Notes: a model not told the origin generated them from the letters alone. A DNA stretch of 44,094 nucleotides from Vulcanimicrobiota bacterium (GCA_046732415.1 JBKPMZ010000058.1:1-44094); one strand, 5' to 3'; numbered from the stretch's first letter, positions 28,248-37,990 are shown. Made by a program: numbers and translations.

Positions 28248-28916
28248 AGCGCGCACTTCGGTCCTGTAAACTGGTCGGCCTTCGCTTGGACAACCGCCAC
28301 CGAAGGCGGACGCGCATGAACCGGCACGCGCTTTCCGAAGTACATAGCGCATGCTTGGCAGTGGCATGTGGCAAGGCTTGCGATCGACGAGCGTTCGCGT
28401 CGGCATCTTACTGGTCGCGTTCTTCGGCGTCCCCATGTGCGCGCGTTCTGCAGCCGCCGGATTACCGGTGTGGCCGAATGCACGCGTGAGCGCGGTGCGC
28501 GGATTTGTCGCTGGAGCCTGCACTCGGTCTCGTTCCGCCGAGGTCACTTCCGAATTACGGCTGCTGACCGCCGGCGACTTTCAACAGTTCGCGCACGTCT
28601 GTAAATGCGGGATTGCTACCATAAAGACGCTCGAAGAGACGCGCAGAAGCACCGGCGTCTCGCGAGCGGCTCATGGCGAGCGCTGGATTTTCATGAAATT
28701 GGAACATCCGCTCAGCAATCCGGTGCACGTACCCCGCGAACGATCGAGCAAAATCTATTCGTTCGTGGCGCACTTCCGGCCGTCGTATAAGAAGCCGAGC
28801 ACGGTGTTATGGTTTGGGCTGCGCCGGCCGTGGCTTTCGGGTGCCTTCGGTAAAGGTACGACGTTCGAAGCGTGGATTTTGAACGGTGATCCGTTCGATC
28901 TATCGCGAGGCGAGTG

Positions 28917-29576
28917 TTAATACGCTAAATGCGCGTCTGCGACGACCGTGCCGCCCTGCACGAGCGCGAGTTCGTCCATCTTGTGATTGACCGGTAGATA
29001 CAGCGTGCCGCTCTCGCCGTGCATCGCCACGGTGCCGAGCATTTCCATTCGTCCCTCGTGCACGTACGCGACTTGCATATTCGGACGCGGATGCATGACG
29101 ACGACGTAATACCAGTCGCCGTGCGGGCCGTAGAGCACCTTCGCGTTCATCGGCTCATTCTTCGGCGACATGAATTGCGCGTGATCGATTTGCGTACCGG
29201 CGCTTGCCAGACGCGCGAGCGCGCGTTCGTCCTGGCGCATCGCCTGCAGCGCGCTGTTGCGATCGACCGCGACCCACGTGGGGATGAGCGCGAGCACGAT
29301 GGCAGCCGCGACGGCTGCCGCAAACGGGCGCCACGCAAGCACGAAGCGATTGCGCTGCTTCAGCGAGTGTCGCAGCCGCGTTTGCAGCTGCGCGGACGGT
29401 TGACGCAGCGGTACGGCTTGCGCTTGGGCGAGCGAGGCGATCGCGATCTCCGCTTCGTGCAGCCGTGCCGCGCACGTCGCGCACTGCGCGGCGTGCCGCT
29501 CTACGCGCGCGCTTTCCAGTTCGTCGAGCGACCCGACGGCATAGAGTTCCGCCAACTCGTCGATGTGATCGATCAT
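28917..29576 (-). CDS. anti-sigma factor (zf-HC2/ZAS type, single TM, RskA-like C-terminal domain)
   Basis: HAAQCATC fits Hx3Cx2C. TM segment FAAAVAAAIVLALIPTWVAV. Its ATG overlaps the sigma factor stop (ATGA). Confidence 0.8.
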   Translation of the reverse strand: MIDHIDELAELYAVGSLDELESARVERHAAQCATCAARLHEAEIAIASLAQAQAVPLRQPSAQLQTRLRHSLKQRNRFVLAWRPFAAAVAAAIVLALIPTWVAVDRNSALQAMRQDERALARLASAGTQIDHAQFMSPKNEPMNAKVLYGPHGDWYYVVVMHPRPNMQVAYVHEGRMEMLGTVAMHGESGTLYLPVNHKMDELALVQGGTVVADAHLAY

Positions 29577-30139
29577 CCGCGCGTCCCCGCGTTCAGCACC
29601 GCACCCAATTTGCGTAGCCCCAAGGCGATCCGGCTTTTCACCGTTCCCAGCGGTTGATCCAGGTGCCGCGCAATCTCGACGTGCGTTTTTCCGCCGAAGT
29701 AGGCGAGAACGACTGCCATTCGCTGCTCGTCGGGGAGTTGCGCCAGCGCATCGCGCACGCGCTGCTCTTCCACGAAGTCCGTGATGTGCAATTCCTCGGT
29801 CGTCTCGCTTTCACGTCCGACGCGCTGCGTCAGCCGTTCGCGGCGCGCCGCCGACCGCGTACGCGAAATCGCATCGTTGCGCACGCATACGACCAAGAAG
29901 GCGCGCACCGACCCGCGATCGACGGTATACGTGCGTGGGTTATTCCAAACGCGGACGAGCACGTCGTGCACGCAGTCCTCGGCATCTTCGGCGCTATGGA
30001 GCACGTTGTAGGCAACCGTGTAGAGCAGCGATGCAAAGCGGCGGTAGGCTTCGTCGAACGCCCAGCGCTCGCGGTGCGCGAATGCCTGCGCCAACGTGGC
30101 CTCGTCAACCCCTTCGTGGGGCGTCGCCGCGGTTGCCAT
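29573..30139 (-). CDS. ECF (group 4) RNA polymerase sigma-70 family factor
   Basis: Region 2 (..[31 protein letters not shown]..) and region 4 HTH (..[27 protein letters not shown]..). Confidence 0.9.
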   Translation of the reverse strand: MATAATPHEGVDEATLAQAFAHRERWAFDEAYRRFASLLYTVAYNVLHSAEDAEDCVHDVLVRVWNNPRTYTVDRGSVRAFLVVCVRNDAISRTRSAARRERLTQRVGRESETTEELHITDFVEEQRVRDALAQLPDEQRMAVVLAYFGGKTHVEIARHLDQPLGTVKSRIALGLRKLGAVLNAGTRG

Positions 30140-30169
30140 GGCTGGCGCTCACTTCGTTCACATACGGAG

Positions 30170-30197
30170 TACGCCTGCGCTGCCCGCGCGGTTCACC
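30170..30197 (-). promoter_or_regulatory. candidate ECF-type autoregulatory promoter
   Basis: Minus strand reads GGTGAAC-N17-CGTA, a GAAC -35 and CGT -10 typical of ECF promoters. The CGTA ends about 30 nt upstream of the sigma factor ATG. Confidence 0.5.
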
Positions 30198-30229
30198 GCG
30201 GCGCCGGCACGCTGCCGCCGGAAAGGCGG

Positions 30230-30409
30230 CTAGGCCGCCATGCGGGCGTCGCTGCTTGCCGTTCTGCGCGGCAACAATCCCGCGAGCCGCCCGTAGAGCG
30301 CGATGGTTTCGCGTCGATGCCCGGTGCGGCGCTCGATTTCGCGCAGACTGTGCCCTTCACGAATCAGAGCGAGCAAACGCCGCTGCTGCTTAACCGTGAT
30401 CTGATTCAT
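30230..30409 (-). CDS. 59-aa helix-turn-helix protein, possibly an N-terminal remnant of a transposase
   Basis: [39 protein letters not shown].. resembles the N-terminal HTH of IS21/IS30-type transposases. No catalytic domain follows. Confidence 0.4.
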   Translation of the reverse strand: MNQITVKQQRRLLALIREGHSLREIERRTGHRRETIALYGRLAGLLPRRTASSDARMAA

Positions 30410-30511
30410 GCGTGCTACTACGCACGGTTGCGCGCGGCAACCTGCGGTGCGCTGGCCGCTTTTGAACGGTATCTGCTGGCGCGGCGGCAACCAGCGTGGT
30501 ATACGAACGGC

Positions 30512-31114
30512 ATGGGGCATCTCATACCAACGGTTGTCGAAAACACCGCGCTCGGCGAACGGGCGTACGACATCTACTCGCGCTTGCTCAAGGATCGTAT
30601 CGTTTTCGTCGGCGGACAAATCGACGACGGCTTGGCCAACATCGTCATCGCTCAATTACTGTTTCTCGAAAAAGAGAATCCGGACGGCGACATCGACCTG
30701 TACATCAACAGCCCCGGCGGTTCGCTCACTGCCGGGCTCGCCATCTACGACACGATGCAGTACATCAAGCCCGACGTCGCAACGATTTGCGCCGGTTTTG
30801 CGGCATCCGCTGCGTCGGTGCTCCTGGTCGGCGGGGCGCCCGGCAAACGCATGGCGTTACCCTACAGCAAGATTCTGATTCATCAACCGTGGATCGGACA
30901 AATCGGCGGGCAAGCGACGGATATCGAGATTCACGCGCGCGACCTCATCGCCACACGGCGCGCCGTTGCCGAACTCTATGCGGAGCGCACCGGCAAACCG
31001 GCGGAAGAAATTCTCAAGGACATGGAGCGCGATTTCAATATGACCGCGCGCGAGGCGCAAGCATACGGCATCGTCGATACGGTGCTCGAAACGAACGGGC
31101 GGAAAAGCGCTTAG
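30512..31114 (+). CDS. clpP: ATP-dependent Clp protease proteolytic subunit
   Basis: ..[64 protein letters not shown]. The long upstream part of the track ORF is antisense to the ECF sigma gene. Confidence 0.95.
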   Translation: MGHLIPTVVENTALGERAYDIYSRLLKDRIVFVGGQIDDGLANIVIAQLLFLEKENPDGDIDLYINSPGGSLTAGLAIYDTMQYIKPDVATICAGFAASAASVLLVGGAPGKRMALPYSKILIHQPWIGQIGGQATDIEIHARDLIATRRAVAELYAERTGKPAEEILKDMERDFNMTAREAQAYGIVDTVLETNGRKSA

Positions 31115-33081
31115 GTTTCCACGACCATGACGGCGATGTCGTCGCGCTGCGGTGCGTCCAGAACGCCGTCGATGATTGCTTGCGCGGGATTCTCCGCTTG
31201 CAGAAACGCGCGCGCCGACAAAACCGCGTGCAATCGCTGCTCCGCGCGCAGTACGTCGCGCGCGTACTCGATGAGGCCGTCGGTGAAGAAGATGAGCGCG
31301 GTGCCCGGCGGCAGCGTACTGCGCTGCTGCACAAGCAGAACGTCGTCGAACGCATCGCCCATCGGCGGGCCGCTGCCCGTAAGCGTGTCGATCGTGCCGT
31401 CGGGTTGCAACACTGCCGGCGGCGGATGGCCGGCGATGCTGTACACGAATTCGCGCGTGTGCGGATTATAGACGCCGAAGAGGGCCGTGATCATCGGATG
31501 CGCGTGTTCGAGCATGACGACGCGATTTGCGCGTGCGAGTACGTCTTTGGGGCCGTGCGATTCCAGCGCCGCTGCGCGGATCGCCTGACGTACGACGCCC
31601 ATCGTGACGGCTGCGTCGACGCCGTGCCCGGCAACGTCGCCCATCGACACGGCGATGCGTCCGCCTTCGAGCGGAAACGCATCGTACCAATCGCCCCCGA
31701 CGGCTTCGCCCTGCTGCGATGCTGCTGCGGCATACGCCGACGAGAAGCGGACGTGTTCGTTGCTCTGCAGCGAGGCCGGAAGCAACGCTTTTTGCAGCGT
31801 CGTTGCCACGCGGTGTTCCCTGGCGAACGACTGCGCGTTCTCCAAGGCAATCGCGCTGCGCCGCCCCAGTTCCAGCGCGGTCGTTACGTCAAAGTCCGTG
31901 TAAAGGCGCGACGGATCTTCGGATGCGATGCCCAGCACGCCCAGCACGCGATCGCGAATGCGCAGCGGCACCATCATTCCCGACACGTAACCGACCGCGC
32001 GATATACGTCGCGATGCTTTTTTTCCGGAATGACGTGCGCGACCGCGGCTTCGTCGACGCTCGGCAGCAATTGCGGCTTGAGAAAGCGGTACACAGCCGG
32101 CGGACCAATCGACGCGTCGTCGTTGTAAATCCGTTCGCCGATGATGTCCGAGAGCAGCCGCTCTTTTTCGGCGTCCTGATGCGCGACGATTTGCGGACGT
32201 AAATGGCCTTGCGCATCGGGCAAATCGATCTGGCACCATGTGCCTAGCGCGGCGATTGCGAGCCGGGCGATGCGTTCCAGGGTCGTCGTAACGTCGAGCG
32301 TCGATCCGAGCACGTCGCTGGCGAGCGCGAAAAATGCTTGCTGCGCTTCGGCGCGTTTCTGCTTGTCGATGTCCGTGGCCGTTCCCAGCCAACTGGTGAT
32401 GATGCCGTTCTCGTCGTGAACCGGAATCGAACGGAAGAGGAACCAGCGGTATTTGCCGTCTTTTCCGCGGTAGCGGCATTCGTCTTCAAACGCTTCGCCG
32501 GTGAGCAGCGTGCGCTCGCGCTCGTTTTGCAAGCGCGTCGCATCGTCGGGATGCACGACGACTTCCCAGCCGTGCCCGAGATTTTGTTCCTCGGTCAGAC
32601 CCGTGTACTCGAGCCAGCGCCGATTCGCGTATTGCGCACTGCCGTCGGGCGCGTCGAGCCACACGAACGACGGAATTGCTTCCGCGATCAATTCGTAGCG
32701 CCACTGCAATTCGCGGCTCTGCGTAACGTCGACGAAAACGCCGATGCTGCCCTCGACGGCGTCCTCGGTGTTGCGCAGCGGCCATGCCGATGCGATGAGA
32801 TCGAATCTGCCGCCGCGTTCGCGAACGAGTTGCACGTTCACGTCGAGCACTTCAACGCCGTCGCGCGCGGCGCGGCTGAGCGGAAGGTCCGTGGCGGCGA
32901 TTTCTTCGCCGCCGGAGAAGTAGCGGTACTCTGCCGAGCCGATCAGATCGCGAAACGCACGGTTGCCTTGAATGCGCTCGCAGTCGCGGTCGAACGCGAT
33001 TGCGATGGGAATCGGCAACCGTTCGAGGACGCCTAATAGGCCGAGGAGATACACCTCGAACCCGCGGGTCTGGCTCTGCAC
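31111..33081 (-). CDS. PAS-PAS-GAF sensor fused to a PP2C/SpoIIE-family serine phosphatase
   Basis: PAS signatures (..[25 protein letters not shown]..), a GAF region, and PP2C motifs ([27 protein letters not shown]). The start is uncertain. Track TTG 33195 overlaps the upstream gene by 77 nt, so I list GTG 33081. Confidence 0.8.
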   Translation of the reverse strand: MQSQTRGFEVYLLGLLGVLERLPIPIAIAFDRDCERIQGNRAFRDLIGSAEYRYFSGGEEIAATDLPLSRAARDGVEVLDVNVQLVRERGGRFDLIASAWPLRNTEDAVEGSIGVFVDVTQSRELQWRYELIAEAIPSFVWLDAPDGSAQYANRRWLEYTGLTEEQNLGHGWEVVVHPDDATRLQNERERTLLTGEAFEDECRYRGKDGKYRWFLFRSIPVHDENGIITSWLGTATDIDKQKRAEAQQAFFALASDVLGSTLDVTTTLERIARLAIAALGTWCQIDLPDAQGHLRPQIVAHQDAEKERLLSDIIGERIYNDDASIGPPAVYRFLKPQLLPSVDEAAVAHVIPEKKHRDVYRAVGYVSGMMVPLRIRDRVLGVLGIASEDPSRLYTDFDVTTALELGRRSAIALENAQSFAREHRVATTLQKALLPASLQSNEHVRFSSAYAAAASQQGEAVGGDWYDAFPLEGGRIAVSMGDVAGHGVDAAVTMGVVRQAIRAAALESHGPKDVLARANRVVMLEHAHPMITALFGVYNPHTREFVYSIAGHPPPAVLQPDGTIDTLTGSGPPMGDAFDDVLLVQQRSTLPPGTALIFFTDGLIEYARDVLRAEQRLHAVLSARAFLQAENPAQAIIDGVLDAPQRDDIAVMVVET

Positions 33082-33118
33082 CTTCTTAGGGTTCGGTATT
33101 CGTTGCCAAAAGTCGTTT

Positions 33119-33394
33119 TTATTGGATTGCGTAAACGGGAACTTTGCCCTTGATGAGCGAGACCTTAATGGTCTGGTTCGCTTTGACTTTGGCAAACGAT
33201 ACGGTTCCCGTTGCCGTCAGCGTGGTTTCCATGCCGTTGTCCATTTTGACCGTCAGGTGCTGCGCGTCGTTGACTTGCTCCACTTTGACGACGTACGTGC
33301 CGTCGGGAATGAGCGAGGCGTTTACGGGTGCCGCACTAGCAGCGGCGGGCGTCGCTAAGACGGCGAGTGCGAGAAAAAGCGTGCGCGTGTTCAT
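33119..33394 (-). CDS. small hypothetical secreted protein
   Basis: ATG 33394 opens MNTRTLFLALAVLATPAAASA (signal peptide). The mature part is about 70 aa and beta-rich. Confidence 0.55.
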   Translation of the reverse strand: MNTRTLFLALAVLATPAAASAAPVNASLIPDGTYVVKVEQVNDAQHLTVKMDNGMETTLTATGTVSFAKVKANQTIKVSLIKGKVPVYAIQ

Positions 33395-33435
33395 ATTGCG
33401 CAAGTCTATCGGGAGCGCTCGCTTCTCTGTAATAC

Positions 33436-33466
33436 GAAAACGGCAGCTGCAAGGCAGCTGCCGTTT
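33436..33466 (-). terminator. Rho-independent terminator downstream of rplT (palindromic, could act on both strands)
   Basis: AAAACGGCAGCUGC-loop-GCAGCUGCCGUUUU has stem arms of up to 14 nt flanked by A and U runs. It lies about 20 nt after the rplT stop. Confidence 0.8.
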
Positions 33467-33487
33467 TATTTTCGTAAAGAAGCGGCG

Positions 33488-33847
33488 TTATTTGCCGGTC
33501 GCTTGTTTTGCTGCTTTGAGCAACGATCCGAACGCTGCGGAATCCGACACGGCGAGTTCCGCAAGCGCTTTGCGGTTGAGCGTCACGCCCGATTTCTTCA
33601 GCCCATTCATGAAGACCGAATACGTCAGACCCTCTTTGCGAACCGCCGCGTTGATGCGGCTGATCCACAGCGAACGGAAGTCGCGCTTGCGAACGCGGCG
33701 ATCGCGGAATGCGTACGCCAGCGAGTGCAGCAGCGCTTCGTTCGCAACGCGATAGTTGCGGCGGCGCGCAGCGCGGAAGCCCTTGACGAGCTTCATCACC
33801 TTACGACGATGTTTGAGGCCGTGAAGACCGCGTTTGATACGTGCCAT
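33488..33847 (-). CDS. rplT: 50S ribosomal protein L20
   Basis: MARIKRGLHGLKHRRKVMKLVKGFRAARRRNYRVANEAL.. is the canonical L20 sequence. Confidence 0.95.
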   Translation of the reverse strand: MARIKRGLHGLKHRRKVMKLVKGFRAARRRNYRVANEALLHSLAYAFRDRRVRKRDFRSLWISRINAAVRKEGLTYSVFMNGLKKSGVTLNRKALAELAVSDSAAFGSLLKAAKQATGK

Positions 33848-33862
33848 TTTCTCGGACCCTCC

Positions 33863-34069
33863 TTACACCAAATACGGGATCGTCGGTGCCAAGCGTTTGA
33901 GGTCGCCCTTGAACACCGGCTGATCTTTGCGGAACTTGCGTTTACGCTTGCGCGTGCGCTTGCTCATGATGTGGCCGCAACCGCTGAACTGATGGCGGTG
34001 CTGAACGACGCCGTTCGCACTGACCTTCACGCGCTTTGCGGTACCACGATGGGTACGAATCTTAGGCAC
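33863..34069 (-). CDS. rpmI: 50S ribosomal protein L35
   Basis: MPKIRTHRGTAKRVKVSANG.. is the canonical L35 sequence. It overlaps the infC end by 8 nt. Confidence 0.95.
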   Translation of the reverse strand: MPKIRTHRGTAKRVKVSANGVVQHRHQFSGCGHIMSKRTRKRKRKFRKDQPVFKGDLKRLAPTIPYLV

Positions 34070-34676
34070 TGGTTGGCTCCTCCGTCTTCGCGACTTCGTC
34101 CGCCGGCGGCTTGTGGGTGTCGCGTTCCTTTTCGTGTTGTGACAGGAACTTCGGCGGACCCGTGGGCACCGGACGAGGCGCGAGGATCATAAACATGTTT
34201 TTTCCTTCGAGCTTCGGATCGCGCTCGACCGTGGCGATCGGCGCCATGTCGACGGCCATACGATCGAGAAGTCTGCGACCGAAACTCGTATATGTAATTT
34301 CACGTCCGCGGAACATGATCGTGACTTTGATTTTGCTGCCGTCCAGCAGCAGACGTTCGGCCATGCGAGCCTTGGTCTCGTAATCGTGCGTCTCGATCTT
34401 CGGGCGCAGCTTCACTTCTTTTAACTCAAAGTTCTTCTGCTTTTTGCGGGCGTCTTTGTCTTTCTTCGACTGCTCGTATTTCAGGCGTCCGTAATCGGCG
34501 ATTTTACACACCGGCGGCTGGGCCGTCGGCGATACTTCGATCAGATCGAGGCCCGCGCCGCGCGCGCGCGCCAATGCATCTTCGGTCAGCATGACGCCGA
34601 GCTGACTTCCGTCCTCGTCGATCACGCGCACCTGACGAATGCGGATCTGGTCGTTTATTCTGAGCGGTCGAGCTAT
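34062..34676 (-). CDS. infC: translation initiation factor IF-3, predicted non-canonical ATA start
   Basis: IARPLRINDQIRIRQVRVIDEDGSQLGVM.. is the IF-3 N-terminus. AGGAG lies 8 nt upstream of in-frame ATA 34676. The track's TTG 34712 has no SD and lies in the U-tract of the leader terminator. Confidence 0.85.
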   Translation of the reverse strand: MARPLRINDQIRIRQVRVIDEDGSQLGVMLTEDALARARGAGLDLIEVSPTAQPPVCKIADYGRLKYEQSKKDKDARKKQKNFELKEVKLRPKIETHDYETKARMAERLLLDGSKIKVTIMFRGREITYTSFGRRLLDRMAVDMAPIATVERDPKLEGKNMFMILAPRPVPTGPPKFLSQHEKERDTHKPPADEVAKTEEPTSA

Positions 34677-34822
34677 GGCAAGTACTCCTGATGAAAACAA
34701 AAAATGGCGCAACCGAAGTTACCCCATCTGGCGGCACCGGCCGGCGGCACCTCAGGTGAAGACCGGATCGCCCGCAGGCATCCGGTGAGGACCCTGCGCC
34801 GTAGCTCAGGACCCTACTTCGG
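34677..34822 (-). promoter_or_regulatory. structured infC leader with an intrinsic terminator (L20-leader-like attenuator)
   Basis: GC-rich leader of about 145 nt. It ends in GGGGUAAC-UUCG-GUUGCGCC followed by AUUUUUUGUUUUC (34691..34725), immediately before the infC SD. Confidence 0.5.
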
Positions 34823-34829
34823 CTCAGGG

Positions 34830-34859
34830 ATAGTACCACAGGGTCCGGGATAGACGCAA
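34830..34859 (-). promoter_or_regulatory. candidate sigma-70 promoter of the infC-rpmI-rplT operon
   Basis: Minus strand reads TTGCGT-N18-TACTAT, with TGG immediately upstream of the -10 (extended -10). Confidence 0.45.
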
Positions 34860-34978
34860 CTCGCCGTGTCACCGTGACTCGCCGCCCTGTCACCCTGATG
34901 CTTCGATACCTCAGCACAGGGCTACGCCCTGCGGGCTCGTCGAAGGGTCGCCGAGGCATCGAGGCGGATTCGGTCTCC

Positions 34979-35434
34979 ATGCCCACGTACCGCCGCGGAA
35001 CCGACCACGATATCCCGGTCCTGGCCCAGTTTTGGCACGACATGCTGGTCGAGTCGAAGGTCGCGGGCTCCGGGCTCGTCGCTGATTGGCGGCCCCGGAC
35101 CGAGCGGCATTTCGCCGAGCAGATGGCCGAAGGAGCGATGGCCTGGTTCGTCGCCGAGGAGGATGGCCACATCGTTGGAACGGCGGCGGCGTTCCTCAGT
35201 TCGGGACGATCAAACGTATTGCTCGACGTGACCGCTACGCTTGCCGGAATTTACGTCGTCCCGGGTTACCGGCGCCGCGGAATCGCGCGCGAAGTGACGC
35301 TTGCGGCAATGGCGTGGTGTAAGGAGCGCGGCTGCGTCAGCATTCGGTTGCAGGCGTCGGAGGCCGGACGCCCGTTGTATGAATCGCTCGGCTTCCGCAC
35401 GTTTCGTGAAATGATGAAACTGGATTTGCGGTAG
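34979..35434 (+). CDS. GNAT family N-acetyltransferase
   Basis: Acetyl-CoA binding motif ..IYVVPGYRRRGIAREVTLAAMAWCKERG... Start re-picked at ATG 34979. Confidence 0.8.
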   Translation: MPTYRRGTDHDIPVLAQFWHDMLVESKVAGSGLVADWRPRTERHFAEQMAEGAMAWFVAEEDGHIVGTAAAFLSSGRSNVLLDVTATLAGIYVVPGYRRRGIAREVTLAAMAWCKERGCVSIRLQASEAGRPLYESLGFRTFREMMKLDLR

Positions 35435-35441
35435 GGGCTTG

Positions 35442-35753
35442 CTACGTTTGGGGCGTTTCTTCCTCGAACAGCACCTTGCCGCTCTTCGGATCGATCTTGC
35501 GCTGGCACTGATCTTCCGTCACGCCTACGACGATGCCGACTTCGTCGCGAATCGACGTGTATTTGTTGTGCGGGCCTTTTGAAGGGCGCGGCTCTATTTG
35601 CCACAGGATGTCGCCCTTTGCGCTCACGCCGAAAATGTTCTGCGGGTAGTCCTGGTCCGGCGGAACGCTCAGCAGCAACACGTTGACGCCGTCGATTTCC
35701 AGACGCTGCTTTATCGGATAAGCGGGCAGGCTGGGGAACTGGCCGGTACTCAT
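35442..35753 (-). CDS. hypothetical protein
   Basis: 103-aa ORF with normal composition, 28 nt downstream of the preceding minus-strand gene. No family recognised. Confidence 0.5.
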   Translation of the reverse strand: MSTGQFPSLPAYPIKQRLEIDGVNVLLLSVPPDQDYPQNIFGVSAKGDILWQIEPRPSKGPHNKYTSIRDEVGIVVGVTEDQCQRKIDPKSGKVLFEEETPQT

Positions 35754-35781
35754 GCGGGAATGGTACCCGCCTGCGGTGCGC

Positions 35782-36108
35782 CTATTCGGCGGCGGGATCG
35801 AAGACGACGCGAAACAGCGTTTGGCCGGGCTTCGGTTTGCAGTGCACCATCGCGGGCGAGTAGCGGCTGGCGTAGGCGGAGCGCACGGCTGCGCTGTCCA
35901 GATCGCGGTTCTTCGCGGGTTGCAGTACCTTGACGAACGTCACTTGTCCGCGCGCATCGACGAGCACTTCGAGCAGCACCTCGCGGCGCGTGCGTACCTT
36001 CAGTCCTTCGAGCGTGCCGGGCAATTGCGCTGCGGCTTGCATGACGATCGCCGCCGGGTGATTACACTGATCGGCAAACGCAACATATGCCGCGATGTTG
36101 GCATGCAT
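35782..36108 (-). CDS. TonB C-terminal-domain-like protein
   Basis: ..REVLLEVLVDARGQVTFVKVLQPAKNRDLDSAAVRSAYASRYSPA..FRVVF resembles the TonB_C fold. Start re-picked at ATG 36108 to avoid overlap with the divergent peptidase gene. Confidence 0.45.
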   Translation of the reverse strand: MHANIAAYVAFADQCNHPAAIVMQAAAQLPGTLEGLKVRTRREVLLEVLVDARGQVTFVKVLQPAKNRDLDSAAVRSAYASRYSPAMVHCKPKPGQTLFRVVFDPAAE

Positions 36109-36142
36109 GATGCCGTGATTCGCAAGGCGTAGCAACGTTCCT

Positions 36143-37984
36143 ATGATGTTCGCTGCCGCTCTGTTAGCCGCCGCGGTTAGCGGCGGTCCTATTACGCTCG
36201 TCGTCGACGCCTCGCAAGCGCCCACGCAAAACATCGTGCGCACGCACGAAGTGATTCCGGTGGCGCCGGGACCGCTCACGCTGTACTATCCGCAGTGGAT
36301 TCCGGGAGAGCATTCGCCCGCCGGACCGATTCAAAACGTTGCGGAACTGGTGATCACCGCGAACGGTAAACGCCTGCAATGGCATCGCGATCCGGTGAAC
36401 CTATTCGCCTTCAAGGTCGACGTGCCGCAAGGCGCGAGCAGCATCACGACGGACTTCACGTATCTCGGTGCGACGTTTGGAAACTATTCCTCGAACCGCC
36501 TTTCGACGCCGAACATGTTCGTCATCGACTGGAATCAGAACGTGCTCTATCCGTCGTCGGGAACGAACGAGGGCACGCAATTCAATCCGTCGCTGATTTT
36601 GCCCGGCAGCGATTGGAAGTTCGCGACGGCGCTGTACGACCAAAAACGTACCGGCAATACGGTGACGTGGAGTACGACGCCGCTCGGCCGTCTGCTCGAC
36701 TCGCCGCTCGACGCGTGCGTCAATTTCCGGCAATGGGATTTGTGGAACGACACCGGTTCGTTTCCCGGCGAGGCGACGCTGAACGTGTGCGCCGATACGC
36801 CCGACGAACTGGACGCGAGCGATAAAACGATCGATCACTACCGCGCGCTGGTGAAAGAAATGATCGCGATGTACGGTGCGCGGCATTGGCACAACTATCA
36901 TTTCCTGCTGACGCTTTCCGACGTGATGCCCGGTGAAGGCGTGGAGCATCACGAGTCCAGCGACGACGGCGAGGGCGGCGACTATCTCATCGACGACAAG
37001 GCGCTCCAGCGCGGCGGCGACTTGCTCTCGCACGAATTCAATCACTCTTGGGACGGCAAGTACCGCATGCCGGACGGGCTGATTCGCACGAACCCGAACA
37101 TTCCGTACGACGATTCGTTGCTCTGGGTGTACGAGGGAATGACGCAATACTACGGCGACGTGATGTCGTATCGCGACGGCATACGCGATGCGAAAAACTG
37201 GCCCGACCACATCGCTGCCGTGTACGCGAATTACGACAACGAACAAGGCCGGCAATGGCGTCCGCTCGGCGACACGGCTACGTCGGGACCGTTCTTGTAC
37301 GGCGCGCCCCGCGGGTATTATTCGGAACGGCGCGGCGTCGATTTCTACTCCGAAGGCGAACTGATGTGGCTGCTCGCCGATGCGACCATTCGCGAGAAGA
37401 CCAGCGGCAAAGCATCGCTCGATACGTTCGCGCGCGAGTTTTTCGGCCAGCACAACACCGGCCCGATAACGGTCGGGTACGATCGCGCTCAGGTCATCGC
37501 CGGTTTGAACAAAGTTGTGCCGTACGACTGGACGGCGTTCTTTGCGCGCTGGATAGACGACATCGCGGTGCATCCGCCGGCCGGTTTCGAGATGGACGGC
37601 TGGAAACTGGTCTACACGGCCGAGCCGTCGCACGACGTGCAGAAGAACAACTTCGTGTACTCGCTCGGATTTACACCCGGACGCGGCGCTGAGGGTGTCG
37701 TCGGCGACGTGCACTTCGGCTCGCCGGCGTGGAAAGCGGGACTGGGGATCGGCGACAAACTCATCGCCGTGAACGGCCGCGACTACAGCGCCGATCTGCT
37801 CTACGACGCGGTCAAGTCAGCCCAGCAAACGCACAAACCGATTCAACTGCTCGTGGAAAAAGACGAGATGTTCCGCACGATCAGCATTCCGTACTACGGC
37901 GGCTTGCGTTATCCGCATCTGGAGCGCGTCGAAGGCACACCGGATCGCTTGTCGGAAGTCGTGAAGCCGCTGCGTAAGCAGTAA
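36143..37984 (+). CDS. M61 family (glycyl aminopeptidase-like) metallopeptidase with C-terminal PDZ domain
   Basis: HEFNHSW zinc motif in M61-like context (..LLSHEFNHSWDGKY..EGMTQYYG..) and a PDZ-like C-terminus (..GLGIGDKLIAVNGRDY..). Confidence 0.8.
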   Translation: MMFAAALLAAAVSGGPITLVVDASQAPTQNIVRTHEVIPVAPGPLTLYYPQWIPGEHSPAGPIQNVAELVITANGKRLQWHRDPVNLFAFKVDVPQGASSITTDFTYLGATFGNYSSNRLSTPNMFVIDWNQNVLYPSSGTNEGTQFNPSLILPGSDWKFATALYDQKRTGNTVTWSTTPLGRLLDSPLDACVNFRQWDLWNDTGSFPGEATLNVCADTPDELDASDKTIDHYRALVKEMIAMYGARHWHNYHFLLTLSDVMPGEGVEHHESSDDGEGGDYLIDDKALQRGGDLLSHEFNHSWDGKYRMPDGLIRTNPNIPYDDSLLWVYEGMTQYYGDVMSYRDGIRDAKNWPDHIAAVYANYDNEQGRQWRPLGDTATSGPFLYGAPRGYYSERRGVDFYSEGELMWLLADATIREKTSGKASLDTFAREFFGQHNTGPITVGYDRAQVIAGLNKVVPYDWTAFFARWIDDIAVHPPAGFEMDGWKLVYTAEPSHDVQKNNFVYSLGFTPGRGAEGVVGDVHFGSPAWKAGLGIGDKLIAVNGRDYSADLLYDAVKSAQQTHKPIQLLVEKDEMFRTISIPYYGGLRYPHLERVEGTPDRLSEVVKPLRKQ

Positions 37985-37990
37985 GCAGCG

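Noticed and set aside
28248-28560. Second ECF-type promoter (GAAC-N16-17-CGT) in front of the serine hydrolase
   Set aside because: I checked each GTTC occurrence on the plus strand. None has the complementary ACG at the required spacing.
28555-28773. 72-aa ORF downstream of the anti-sigma gene
   Set aside because: It has a GTG start and no SD, an in-frame TAA lies only 11 codons upstream, and I recognise no motif. Its composition is protein-like, so it is mentioned in a finding, but I cannot support calling it a gene.
30496-32202. 568-aa plus-strand ORF across clpP and the PP2C gene. Similar long shadow ORFs occur at 952..2103, 6604..7767, 36401..37714, 38922..40133 and 41514..42971.
   Set aside because: All are Arg-rich shadow frames overlapping genes that carry unambiguous family motifs on the other strand or in another frame. 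None has a recognisable domain.
34789-34850. tRNA-like start GCGCCGTAGCTCAGG on the plus strand
   Set aside because: The stretch has no D-stem partner, no anticodon arm and no GTTCGAAT-type T-loop. It is better explained as the complement of the structured infC leader.
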